Assembly: GCA_051418015.1 (NCBI GenBank)
Contig: JBPRGF010000033.1
Location: forward strand, 32,001-96,000
Source: Candidatus Nitrospinota bacterium M3_3B_026
Lineage (GTDB): Bacteria > Nitrospinota_A > UBA7883 > JBPRGF01
Direction of reading: 5' to 3'
Length of the DNA stretch: 64,000 bases
Shown here: one piece after another, positions 56,416-64,000 of the stretch
Layout of the letters: each line of letters opens with the position of its first letter
How positions within the stretch are numbered: the stretch's first letter is position 1
Notes under the pieces: generated by a model
Told to the model about the DNA's origin: nothing
Databases searched by the model: none
Seen by the model: the letters and a program-made list of their open reading frames with translations, nothing else
Translations under genes and position numbers: made by a program

Positions 56416-57371
56416 CGGTCCGTTTTTTGCTTGTGCTGGTCGGCGCCGTGGCCGCCCTGTCCTGCTCCACCATTGAAAAAAGCCCCTCCGGCCCTGGCGC
56501 CGGGGAAAAGACCGGCCGGTCCTTCCTCGAGCCGTGGGGGGAGATATCCCGTCAGGTGGCGTCGATGGAAAACGGCGGGGAGAGAGATACGGCGCCGCCC
56601 CTGCGGCCGTTCCTTGCGCCGAGCGCCGTGGCGGCCAGAGATGAATATGTTTATATAGCCGACTCCGGCGCCGGATGCGTCTTCAGGTACAACAGCTACA
56701 GCATGGCCCTCGCAAGGCTGGTGAGGCCGCCGGCTGATTTCCTTACCGATATAAAAGTCCTGGCCGACCACTCGTTCGTCGTGACCGATCCGTTCAACAG
56801 CCGCGTGCTGCGCTTCGGTCATGACGGGAGCCTGAGGTGGGTTTTCAAGAACCGAACCTACCTGAGCCACCCCACCTCCGTCGCTGTGGACGAGAAAAGG
56901 GGCATGGTCTACGCCGCCGACGGGGCGGGCGGCTACATCGTGGCGTTCAACACCGCGGGCCAGGTGGTCAACGTCATGGCGGACTGGGTGTCCGGAAAGG
57001 AAGGCCCCATCGACATAGCCTCCATCGCCATGGGCCCCGACGGGCTGTACGTGGCCGACAGGGTCTCCCGCGCCGTCCATGTCTTCAACGGCGACGGGGA
57101 GCGGCTCTATTTTTTCGGAGACAAGGACCTTGGGGAGCCCCTGGCCCTCGACGTTGACGAAGACGGCAGGGTCTACGTCGCCGACGGGGCGGACAGCTCC
57201 ATCAAGGTCTTCTCCGGCGGACGGCTGGTCTGGAGCGCGGGAAAAGAGGATGGCGGATGGGTCAGGTTCCAGGGTCTTTCGGACCTGGCCGTGGAGGACG
57301 GGCGCCTTTACGCCTCGGACAACGTGTCGGGAAAGGTTTACATTTTCCTCGTCATGCCGGAGAATTTGTAA
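56412..57371 (+). CDS. NHL-repeat beta-propeller lipoprotein
   Basis: Lipobox ALSC; repeated P..VA.D...YVAD units; GTGA overlap with the upstream stop. Confidence 0.85.
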   Translation: MTVRFLLVLVGAVAALSCSTIEKSPSGPGAGEKTGRSFLEPWGEISRQVASMENGGERDTAPPLRPFLAPSAVAARDEYVYIADSGAGCVFRYNSYSMALARLVRPPADFLTDIKVLADHSFVVTDPFNSRVLRFGHDGSLRWVFKNRTYLSHPTSVAVDEKRGMVYAADGAGGYIVAFNTAGQVVNVMADWVSGKEGPIDIASIAMGPDGLYVADRVSRAVHVFNGDGERLYFFGDKDLGEPLALDVDEDGRVYVADGADSSIKVFSGGRLVWSAGKEDGGWVRFQGLSDLAVEDGRLYASDNVSGKVYIFLVMPENL

Positions 57372-57377
57372 TGACGA

Positions 57378-58493
57378 ATGTCCCGCTTTTCTATTTTCGC
57401 GCCGCTTGATTTGAAAATGACGAACAGGGGAATTTTCAGGGCGTCCACGGCCTGGGCCGTTCTCGCCGTTTTCCTGGCCCTCGGCGGCTGCGCCGCGCCG
57501 AAATATTCCATGACGCTTGACGTCTACGGAATCAACGGCGATGTGGAGAAGGTCTGGCCGCCCGCGCCGGAGGTGCCCCGCTACATGTACATAGGGGAGC
57601 TTGTGGGTGAGCCTAACTTCGCGAAAGATTCGGGAGGCGGCGGATTCAGGAAGGCGCTGGAGGTCATCGCGGGAGTGATCGCGGGCAAGAGCGGGCCGGA
57701 GCTTTTGCAACGCCCCCAGGCCGGCGTGGTGGACGCTGAGGGAAACATTTACATCACCGACGTCAGCCGCCAGGCGGTCTGCGTGTTCCACCAGGAGAAG
57801 GGCTTTTTGGTCTGGGATATGATCAGCAGGATGGGCAGATTCGTATCCCCCATAGGCGTCGCCATCGGCAGGGACGGCGAGATTCTAGTGACGGACTCCG
57901 AGCTCGGCGTCGTCGTCCGGCTCGACAGGGAGGGCAAGCCGCTGGGGATATTCGGGCGCAAGGAGTTGACCCGTCCCACGGGGATAGTGGCCGATCCCGA
58001 GAAGGGCTTTGTTTACGTCGCCGACACACACGCCCACGACATCAAGGTTTTCGATTATGATGGCGGACTCGTGGGGACCATCGGAAAACGCGGCGACGAG
58101 AAGGGGAGCCTCAACTTTCCCATTCATCTCGCCTTCTCCAAGGGGAGGATATACGTCACTGACACCCTCAACGCGCGCGTGCAGGTGTTCAGCGAGGACG
58201 GGGAGTTCATAACGACTTTCGGCAGCCGGGGTCTTTACAAGGGGCAGTTCACCCGCCCGAAGGGCATAGCCCTGGACTCCGACGGCAACATCTACGTTGT
58301 GGAGTCATACTACGACCACCTGCTGATATATGACAACCAGGGCCGGTTCCTCCTGCCGATGGGAGGGGCCGGGTCCGATCCGGGCAAGTTCTACCTGCCG
58401 GCGGGGGTCTGGGTGGACGAGCATGACAGGGTATTCGTGGCGGACATGTTCAACCGGCGTGTCGTTGTTTTCCAGTACCTTGGCGGCTCCTGA
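57378..58493 (+). CDS. NHL-repeat (6-bladed) beta-propeller lipoprotein
   Basis: Lipobox LGGC; VWPPAPEVPRY; F.RP.GI..D..G.IYV.D repeats; RVVVFQYL. Confidence 0.9.
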   Translation: MSRFSIFAPLDLKMTNRGIFRASTAWAVLAVFLALGGCAAPKYSMTLDVYGINGDVEKVWPPAPEVPRYMYIGELVGEPNFAKDSGGGGFRKALEVIAGVIAGKSGPELLQRPQAGVVDAEGNIYITDVSRQAVCVFHQEKGFLVWDMISRMGRFVSPIGVAIGRDGEILVTDSELGVVVRLDREGKPLGIFGRKELTRPTGIVADPEKGFVYVADTHAHDIKVFDYDGGLVGTIGKRGDEKGSLNFPIHLAFSKGRIYVTDTLNARVQVFSEDGEFITTFGSRGLYKGQFTRPKGIALDSDGNIYVVESYYDHLLIYDNQGRFLLPMGGAGSDPGKFYLPAGVWVDEHDRVFVADMFNRRVVVFQYLGGS

Positions 58494-58675
58494 CCCGCCA
58501 CTCCCGGCCCGCTCCACGAGGGGCTTCCCGGCATTCGCCAAAGCGGTGATAGATGATGACGGCGAGCCCTCTGGCATGGTAAAATTTTATTGTTGAAAAC
58601 GGCGGATTCCAGCGTCTTGCGCGCCGCCCGCCGTTCCGCGGTTCGATCGCCGCTTGTCATCGTTTCAGGGGATTA

Positions 58676-61210
58676 TTGGGGATGACTGACACCTGCCGCC
58701 GGGGGGGAGGCCTGCCGTGGATTGTGGCGTTCGCGCTCGCCGTTTTTTCCGCGTGGGGCGCGGAAGGCGCCAGGGTGGCCGACGTATCCAACACCAAGCA
58801 TAACCTTTCCACCTCCGGGCCGGGGACGGTGAAAGCCACCGAGGAGACGCAGATATGCGTCTTCTGCCACACGCCTCACGGCGCGGAGCTCGACGACCCC
58901 GACAACCCCACCCCCACGCCGCTTTGGAACAGGGAGTACTCGGCGGCGACTTATACGCCCTATACCTCCAAGTCGATGCAGGCCGCGGGCATGGCGCCGC
59001 CGGACCCCGGGCTGCAGCCGGACGGCTCCTCGAAGCTGTGTCTGTCCTGCCACGACGGCACGATAGCCATCGGCGCCGTCAATGTCCTGAACGGGCAGCT
59101 CATGACATCGCCCATAGGCATGGAAGGCGTGGGCACGAGCGTTCCCGGCGAGATGCCGGGCGGGACTTACGGCGAGACGTCGGGGTTCACGAGATTCATC
59201 GGGACGGACCTGACCAACGACCACCCGATATCCTTCACCTACGACACCGCCCTGGCCACAGCCGACGGCGAGCTGCGCGATCCGGCGGACACGAACAACG
59301 AGATAGACAACAGGACGCTCGGGGTGAAGCCTCTCGTGCCGCTGGAGAGCAACAAGGTCCAGTGCATAAGCTGCCACGACCCGCACATCCGCGAGACCGA
59401 CGACACCGCGGGCAACATCAACAACAACACGGTCAGCGCAAAGTTCCTGCGGCTCAACAGGTTCCAGGCGTCAAACCCCATCGGGGGGAACTTCGACACC
59501 GCCAACGACCTTGTCTGCCTGGCCTGTCATGATAAATTGGGGCAGGAGTGGGCCCGCTCCGTCCACGCAAATGACACCCACGCCAACGAGATATACAAGG
59601 ACACCGAGGCCAACCTGCGGGAGTTTCCCACGGGGATCGAGGTGTGGCAGGCCGCGTGTATGAACTGCCACGACACCCACACCGTCCAGGGCGCCCGCAG
59701 GCTCCTGCGGGAGGGGACGGACGACACCAACACCCCCAAGCAGGGGGGGAACTCCGCCATAGAGCAGACCTGCTACCAGTGCCACACCACGTCGGCCTCG
59801 TCCATACTGCAGAGCGTAAGCAACGACGTCCCGGACATATACTCCGACTTCCAGCTGACAAGAAGGATGCCGATAACGGAGACCCCGGAGGCGCACGACA
59901 TAAACGACGCCGACTTCACCGAGGACCAGGCCACCCTGGGGTATAACAACCTGTCGAACCGCCATGCGGAGTGCACCGACTGCCACAACCCCCACAGGAT
60001 AATCAAGAAAAGGCTCTTCACCGACACCAGCGCCCCCACCGCGGGCGACATCGCCACCCACGCAAGCGACGACACCGACCATGACACTCTCAACCACACG
60101 AACATAGCCTCCGGCGTCCTGCGGGGGACGTTCGGCGTCGAGCCGGTTTACAACGACAACGACTTCAACACCGACGTGAACGCGAACATAAGCTTCCAGG
60201 AAAAGCAGGGGGTCGGGAGCACGTCGAACGTCGGCGACGCCTGGGTGACCCGCGAGTACCAGATATGCCTGAAATGCCATTCCCACTACGGCTACAACGA
60301 TGACAACCAGCCCGACGGCAGCACCATCAGGCCAGCCCTTGGTTACGCGGGCGGGACGCCGTCGGGAACGAACGGGATGCAAAACTACACCAACCAGGCC
60401 AGGGAGTTCAACTCGCCCATATCGCACAAGGGTGAGGTGAGCCAGGGAAATGACGGTGGAGCGGAGCTGAACACCAACAACCACCGCTCCTGGCACCCGG
60501 TGATGAGAGAGACCGGCCGCACGGCGAGCGTCCGAGGCAGCATGAATCCGGCGTTGTTCCTCTCGCCCTGGAACAACAACATCGGGGGGCAGACGATGTA
60601 CTGCACGGACTGCCACGGCTCCAACACGGCGCTGGGGACGGTGGCGCCGAGCGCCGGGCGCGTTTGGGGGCCTCATGGCTCCGAGAACAACTTCCTGCTG
60701 AAGGGGGTGTGGGACACCTCCGTGGGTTCATCGGAGAACGGAGGCAGCGGGCAGGATGCGCTCTGCTTCCGTTGCCACGACTATAACAACTACGCCAACC
60801 CGAATAATGGCTCTCCCGGCAAGAGCGGCTTCTCCACCCCCAACGGCAATTGCATGATGTGCAATTTAGGTTATGACAATAACCTCCACATCGGCCACGC
60901 GCGGAGGATCGGCTATTTCCGGTGCAAGTGGTGCCACGTGATGGTACCCCACGGCTGGAAGAACAAGGCGCTGCTCGTCAACCGCAAAGACCTGGGGCCG
61001 GAGGTGGGACTCGGCGTCGGTACCAACGCGGGCAACCTGAACGGCGGCGATTCGTCCGTCACAACGATGTCTCCGTATTACTACGACTCGAAACTGTATA
61101 TCGACAGCTGGGCCGCGAGCGGTAACTGGGACGACGACAACTGCGGCGGCGGCGACCGGGGCATGGGCGGCGAATGGATGCCGAACAACTGCGCCTCCCC
61201 GCCGCCCTGA
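58676..61210 (+). CDS. Exported undecaheme c-type cytochrome (UetJ-like)
   Basis: Signal peptide; 11 CxxCH motifs counted: CVFCH, CLSCH, CISCH, CLACH, CMNCH, CYQCH, CTDCH, CLKCH, CTDCH, CFRCH, CKWCH; N/D/T/G-rich composition. Confidence 0.92.
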   Translation: MGMTDTCRRGGGLPWIVAFALAVFSAWGAEGARVADVSNTKHNLSTSGPGTVKATEETQICVFCHTPHGAELDDPDNPTPTPLWNREYSAATYTPYTSKSMQAAGMAPPDPGLQPDGSSKLCLSCHDGTIAIGAVNVLNGQLMTSPIGMEGVGTSVPGEMPGGTYGETSGFTRFIGTDLTNDHPISFTYDTALATADGELRDPADTNNEIDNRTLGVKPLVPLESNKVQCISCHDPHIRETDDTAGNINNNTVSAKFLRLNRFQASNPIGGNFDTANDLVCLACHDKLGQEWARSVHANDTHANEIYKDTEANLREFPTGIEVWQAACMNCHDTHTVQGARRLLREGTDDTNTPKQGGNSAIEQTCYQCHTTSASSILQSVSNDVPDIYSDFQLTRRMPITETPEAHDINDADFTEDQATLGYNNLSNRHAECTDCHNPHRIIKKRLFTDTSAPTAGDIATHASDDTDHDTLNHTNIASGVLRGTFGVEPVYNDNDFNTDVNANISFQEKQGVGSTSNVGDAWVTREYQICLKCHSHYGYNDDNQPDGSTIRPALGYAGGTPSGTNGMQNYTNQAREFNSPISHKGEVSQGNDGGAELNTNNHRSWHPVMRETGRTASVRGSMNPALFLSPWNNNIGGQTMYCTDCHGSNTALGTVAPSAGRVWGPHGSENNFLLKGVWDTSVGSSENGGSGQDALCFRCHDYNNYANPNNGSPGKSGFSTPNGNCMMCNLGYDNNLHIGHARRIGYFRCKWCHVMVPHGWKNKALLVNRKDLGPEVGLGVGTNAGNLNGGDSSVTTMSPYYYDSKLYIDSWAASGNWDDDNCGGGDRGMGGEWMPNNCASPPP

Positions 61211-61320
61211 TGGGGCGTTGCGAGTCTCGGATTGCGGGTTAAAGATGCTGGAGACCGGAGGCCTATCATTTTCTCCCCCTGCCGGAGGGACAGTGGCGCG
61301 AAGCGCCGAGGGGGAGGGAG

Positions 61321-61406
61321 CAATGTCATTCTGAGCCGCAGGCGAAGAATCCCGCCGGGCTTGGCGAGGGCGACGGGATGCTTCGCTGTTGCTCAGCATG
61401 ACATTG
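61321..61406. repeat. Palindromic REP-like element, left of the GIY-YIG gene
   Basis: Outer arms CAATGTCATTCTGAGC / GCTCAGCATGACATTG and inner arms CGAAGAATCCCG / CGGGATGCTTCG, each with one mismatch. Confidence 0.85.
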
Positions 61407-61416
61407 GCGGGGCGTG

Positions 61417-61716
61417 ATGGCAAGAACGAGAAGGTATTATGTCTACATCATGACCAACAAACGCAATACCGTTCTTTATACGGGTGTGACCTGAAACATC
61501 CAGAGAAGGATGCGGGAGCACAAAGAAAAAATCATAAGCGGTTTTACTTCCAAGTATAACGCAATCAAGCTTGTTTATTACGAGGTTTTCAACAGTGTCC
61601 GCGAGGCGTTGTCCAGGGAGAAGCAGATAAAAGGATGGCTGCGCGAGAAAAAGATCGTGTTAATAGAGTCGGTGAACCCTGAATGGAAGGACTTGAGCGA
61701 GGATATTATTTGGTGA
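61417..61716 (+). pseudogene. Small GIY-YIG nuclease gene with in-frame TGA at codon 26
   Basis: ATG 61417 reads MARTRRYYVYIMTNKRNTVLYTGVT*NIQRRMREHK...GFTSKY...LVYYE...REKQIKGW.REKK...NPEWKDL; TGA at 61492-61494; visibly AT-richer than flanks. Confidence 0.85.
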
Positions 61717-61725
61717 CGCCGACTT

Positions 61726-61873
61726 TGTCATTCTGGGGCCGGAGGCCGAAGAATCCCGACCGGGCATGGCAAAGGCGGACGGGATGCTTCGCTTCGCTCA
61801 GCATGACATCGGGGGTCCGGGGGTATGCTTCGCGGAGTTTATCCTGAGCCACCGCGAAGGGCCCGGCATGACA
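61726..61873. repeat. Second palindromic REP-like element plus an extra right arm, right of the GIY-YIG gene
   Basis: TGTCATTCTG..CGAAGAATCCCG..CGGGATGCTTCGCT..GCTCAGCATGACA (61726-61808), then ATGCTTCGC...GCATGACA to 61873. Confidence 0.82.
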
Positions 61874-61946
61874 TCGGATGCTTGGACGAGACTCTTAGCT
61901 TCGCTCATGATGACAACATATCGCGCATGAAACTTCCCGCCGTACA

Positions 61947-62945
61947 ATGACGATCATCGAAGCGCTGGCTTCGCTGAGGTTTTCCCTCGTTCTCATAGCG
62001 CTGCTCTCGGCGGGCGCCATGCTGGCCTCGTATGACGTCTACCACGCGGGCTGGCTGGTGGGGCCGCCGATGGCGCTGCTGGCCGTGAACCTCGCCGCCG
62101 CGATCGCCGCGAACCCCGTCTTCCGCCGCCAGACGCCGCTGCTCATCTTCCATCTGGCGCTTTTGTTCGTGGTGGTCTTCGCCGCCCTCGGCAGGCTCTG
62201 CTACCTGAAAGGCCACGTGGAGGTGGCCGAGGGGACGCCGATGAACCCCGCCCTTGCGGGATATGAAAACGGCCCCTTGCACTTTTATAAACTGGATGAA
62301 GTAAAGTTCGTAAACGCCGGATTTAAAATAGAATACGGGCCGGATCGCGAGAAGGGCAAGACGCTCAACAGGGTGGTCTACCAAGGGCCGGGGGGCGAGC
62401 GCCGGGAAGCGCTGATCGGCGACCAGGTTCCGCTGGAGATCGGCGGGTACAAGTTCTACACAACGTCGAACAAGGGTTTCGCGCCGGTCTTCACGTGGGC
62501 GCCCGCCGACGGCTCGCCCCCCGCGACGGGGTCGGTCCACCTGCCGAGCTATCCGAGATATGAGAAACGCCAGGCGATACCCTGGGAGATACCGGGGGCG
62601 GGGTTGAAGGTTTTCACGATGCTTGTCGTGGACGAGCCTGTCATCGCCTCCGGGAAGGTTTCGAGGTTCCGTCCACCTGAAAAGCATCACGTCATCGCGC
62701 GCGTGGGGGATGAGACGAAACGGATGAAGCCCGGCGACAGGCTGGAGCTTCCCGGGGGGACTTTGGTCTACCGCGAGCTTCGGACGTGGATGGGGTATGG
62801 TATATACAGCGACTGGACGCTGCCGTGGCTTTTCGCCGCGTGCGCCGTGGCGGCGGTGAGCCTCGGGTGGTATTTCTGGGACAAGTTCGCGGCCTCGCCG
62901 TGGATGAGGGAGGAGGGCGCCCGTCTGTCCGGCGGCGCCTCGTGA
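61947..62945 (+). CDS. ResB/CcsB-like cytochrome c biogenesis protein
   Basis: LASLR, three N-terminal TMs with FHLALL His, periplasmic domain, C-terminal TM; adjacent to ccsA. Confidence 0.72.
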   Translation: MTIIEALASLRFSLVLIALLSAGAMLASYDVYHAGWLVGPPMALLAVNLAAAIAANPVFRRQTPLLIFHLALLFVVVFAALGRLCYLKGHVEVAEGTPMNPALAGYENGPLHFYKLDEVKFVNAGFKIEYGPDREKGKTLNRVVYQGPGGERREALIGDQVPLEIGGYKFYTTSNKGFAPVFTWAPADGSPPATGSVHLPSYPRYEKRQAIPWEIPGAGLKVFTMLVVDEPVIASGKVSRFRPPEKHHVIARVGDETKRMKPGDRLELPGGTLVYRELRTWMGYGIYSDWTLPWLFAACAVAAVSLGWYFWDKFAASPWMREEGARLSGGAS

Positions 62946-62972
62946 TAAAGTGGAACACGCGCGGGACTCTCA

Positions 62973-63066
62973 AATCCTCCCCCTTGAAGGGGGAGGATTA
63001 AGGTGGGGGTGTTAAAAGAATCTTTATACACCCTCCCCTGTATCCCCTCCCGTCAAGGGAGGGGAT
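62973..63066. repeat. Paired C/G-rich palindromes (second REP-like family)
   Basis: AATCCTCCCCCTT-G-AAGGGGGAGGATT and ATCCCCTCCC-GTCAA-GGGAGGGGAT separated by an AT-rich spacer flanked by GGGGGTGT / ACACCCTC. Confidence 0.75.
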
Positions 63067-63139
63067 GGCTCCAGAATATTCCCCCGAGGGAGGGGCGGTG
63101 TTTTGGATAAAAAAGCCAAGGCAAGAACAGAGAAAAAGG

Positions 63140-63946
63140 TTGGAGACGGAGCTTAAAACCCTTTGGGCGGCGCTTGCCGTTTACGTGATCGCCGGCTGCC
63201 TGGCGGTTATCGGGACGATTTTGCGCAGGCGCCCGGAGAAGGTCCTGCTGGGCCTGATGGCGGCGGGGCTCGGCCTGCACGCGCTGGCCATCGGATTGCG
63301 CTGGGGGCGTCTTGGCTACGGGCCTTTCATCACGATGTTCGACATACTGTCGAGCAATATCTTCAGCCTGCTTTTCATCTTCACTTTGGCGTACTGGCGG
63401 TTCCGCCCCATAAGGCCCGTGGCGGCGGTCGTCCTGCCGGTGATGTTTCTGATGATGGGGTGGCTCATCGTCGTCGACCCCGCCGAGGGGCATTACCCCC
63501 CCACCTATGACACGATATGGCTTTACATTCACATCGGTTTCGGCAAGATTTTTATGGGGGCGGCGCTGGTGGCCCTGGGCATGGCGATAGTCATCCTCGT
63601 CCGCTGGGCGGGGGTTTTCGGGTTCGCCTCCCTGCCGGACAGCGAGAGCCTCGACGAGCTGGCCTACCGGTTCATGGCGATAGGGTTCATCTTCGACGCG
63701 CTGATGCTGGTGGCCGGGGCTGTGTGGGCCCAGGACGCCTGGGGGCGCTACTGGGCGTGGGACCCGCTTGAGACATGGTCGCTTATCACGTGGCTGCTGC
63801 TGGCCTTCGCCCTGCACACCAGGATCACCCTCAAGACGGCGCCGCCCGTGGGGGCGGTGATGGTCATCGTTGTCTTCGCCGTGGCGTTCCTGACCTTTTT
63901 CGGCGTTCCCTTCATCTCCGAGGCGCCGCACAAGGGGGTGGTGTGA
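63140..63946 (+). CDS. ccsA: Cytochrome c biogenesis protein CcsA/ResC (system II)
   Basis: WWD domain GAVWAQDAWGRYWAWDPLETWS with flanking His (WLYIH, ALH); likely TTG start 63140 because the track start lies inside the repeat. Confidence 0.9.
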   Translation: METELKTLWAALAVYVIAGCLAVIGTILRRRPEKVLLGLMAAGLGLHALAIGLRWGRLGYGPFITMFDILSSNIFSLLFIFTLAYWRFRPIRPVAAVVLPVMFLMMGWLIVVDPAEGHYPPTYDTIWLYIHIGFGKIFMGAALVALGMAIVILVRWAGVFGFASLPDSESLDELAYRFMAIGFIFDALMLVAGAVWAQDAWGRYWAWDPLETWSLITWLLLAFALHTRITLKTAPPVGAVMVIVVFAVAFLTFFGVPFISEAPHKGVV

Positions 63947-64000
63947 CGAAGCGGAAAAGGGATCGGCGCGCGCTGGCGCTGGGGCTTTCGCTCGCGGGCG
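63943..64000 (+). CDS. Start of the next gene (basic + hydrophobic N-terminus), truncated by window edge
   Basis: GTGA overlap with the ccsA stop; MTKRKRDRRALALGLSLAG... Confidence 0.5.
   Translation, partial: MTKRKRDRRALALGLSLAG

Noticed and set aside
53180..57791. Long minus-strand ORFs 53180..54712, 54396..56366, 56388..57791
   Set aside because: Antisense to cytochrome and NHL genes with clear motifs
49782..61210. Calling the cluster MtrCAB/MtoAB
   Set aside because: No decaheme MtrA-type protein; heme counts are 3,3,3,3,11 and accessory genes differ
61321..61873. Repeats beside a nuclease as a possible CRISPR array or IS
   Set aside because: Only two to three long palindromes, no repeat-spacer periodicity, no cas or transposase gene, no target-site duplication seen

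Overview
High-GC Gram-negative bacterial chromosomal segment, densely coding, with no CRISPR array, prophage or intact IS seen. In order: (1) 1-7.5 kb, a heavy-metal efflux block on the minus strand (small Cys/His protein, CzcCBA-type RND pump, PII-like gene, edge-truncated CadA/ZntA-type ATPase missed by the ORF track). (2) 7.6-10.2 kb, housekeeping-type genes, including a second atypical PII coupled to a lipoyl/octanoyl transferase. (3) 10.3-23.6 kb, a complete pelABCDEFG exopolysaccharide operon extended by a DUF2294 gene and rmlC. (4) A tRNA-Arg with the uncommon GCG anticodon. (5) 24-41 kb, mixed genes: Ca-type P-ATPase, REC-HD-GYP, ECF sigma/anti-sigma, an orphan FwdA/FhcA-family amidohydrolase, selB, TAXI binding protein, signal-peptide pcm with a membrane SAM-domain partner, and Fpg/Nei. 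(6) 41.4-48.5 kb, a GAF/multi-PAS histidine kinase with two REC-HD(-GYP) proteins and a REC protein. (7) The most notable feature, 48.7-64 kb: a porin-multiheme cytochrome cluster with PPIase, large beta-barrel, four c7-type trihemes in mirror-paired order, two paralogous helical proteins, two NHL lipoproteins, an 11-heme exported cytochrome with an OmcE-like N-terminal tetraheme module, and its own ResB/CcsA maturation genes. It resembles the Uet (undecaheme) extracellular electron transfer clusters and is interrupted by a palindrome-flanked GIY-YIG gene carrying an in-frame TGA. All assignments come from motif recognition by eye; no database searches were run.
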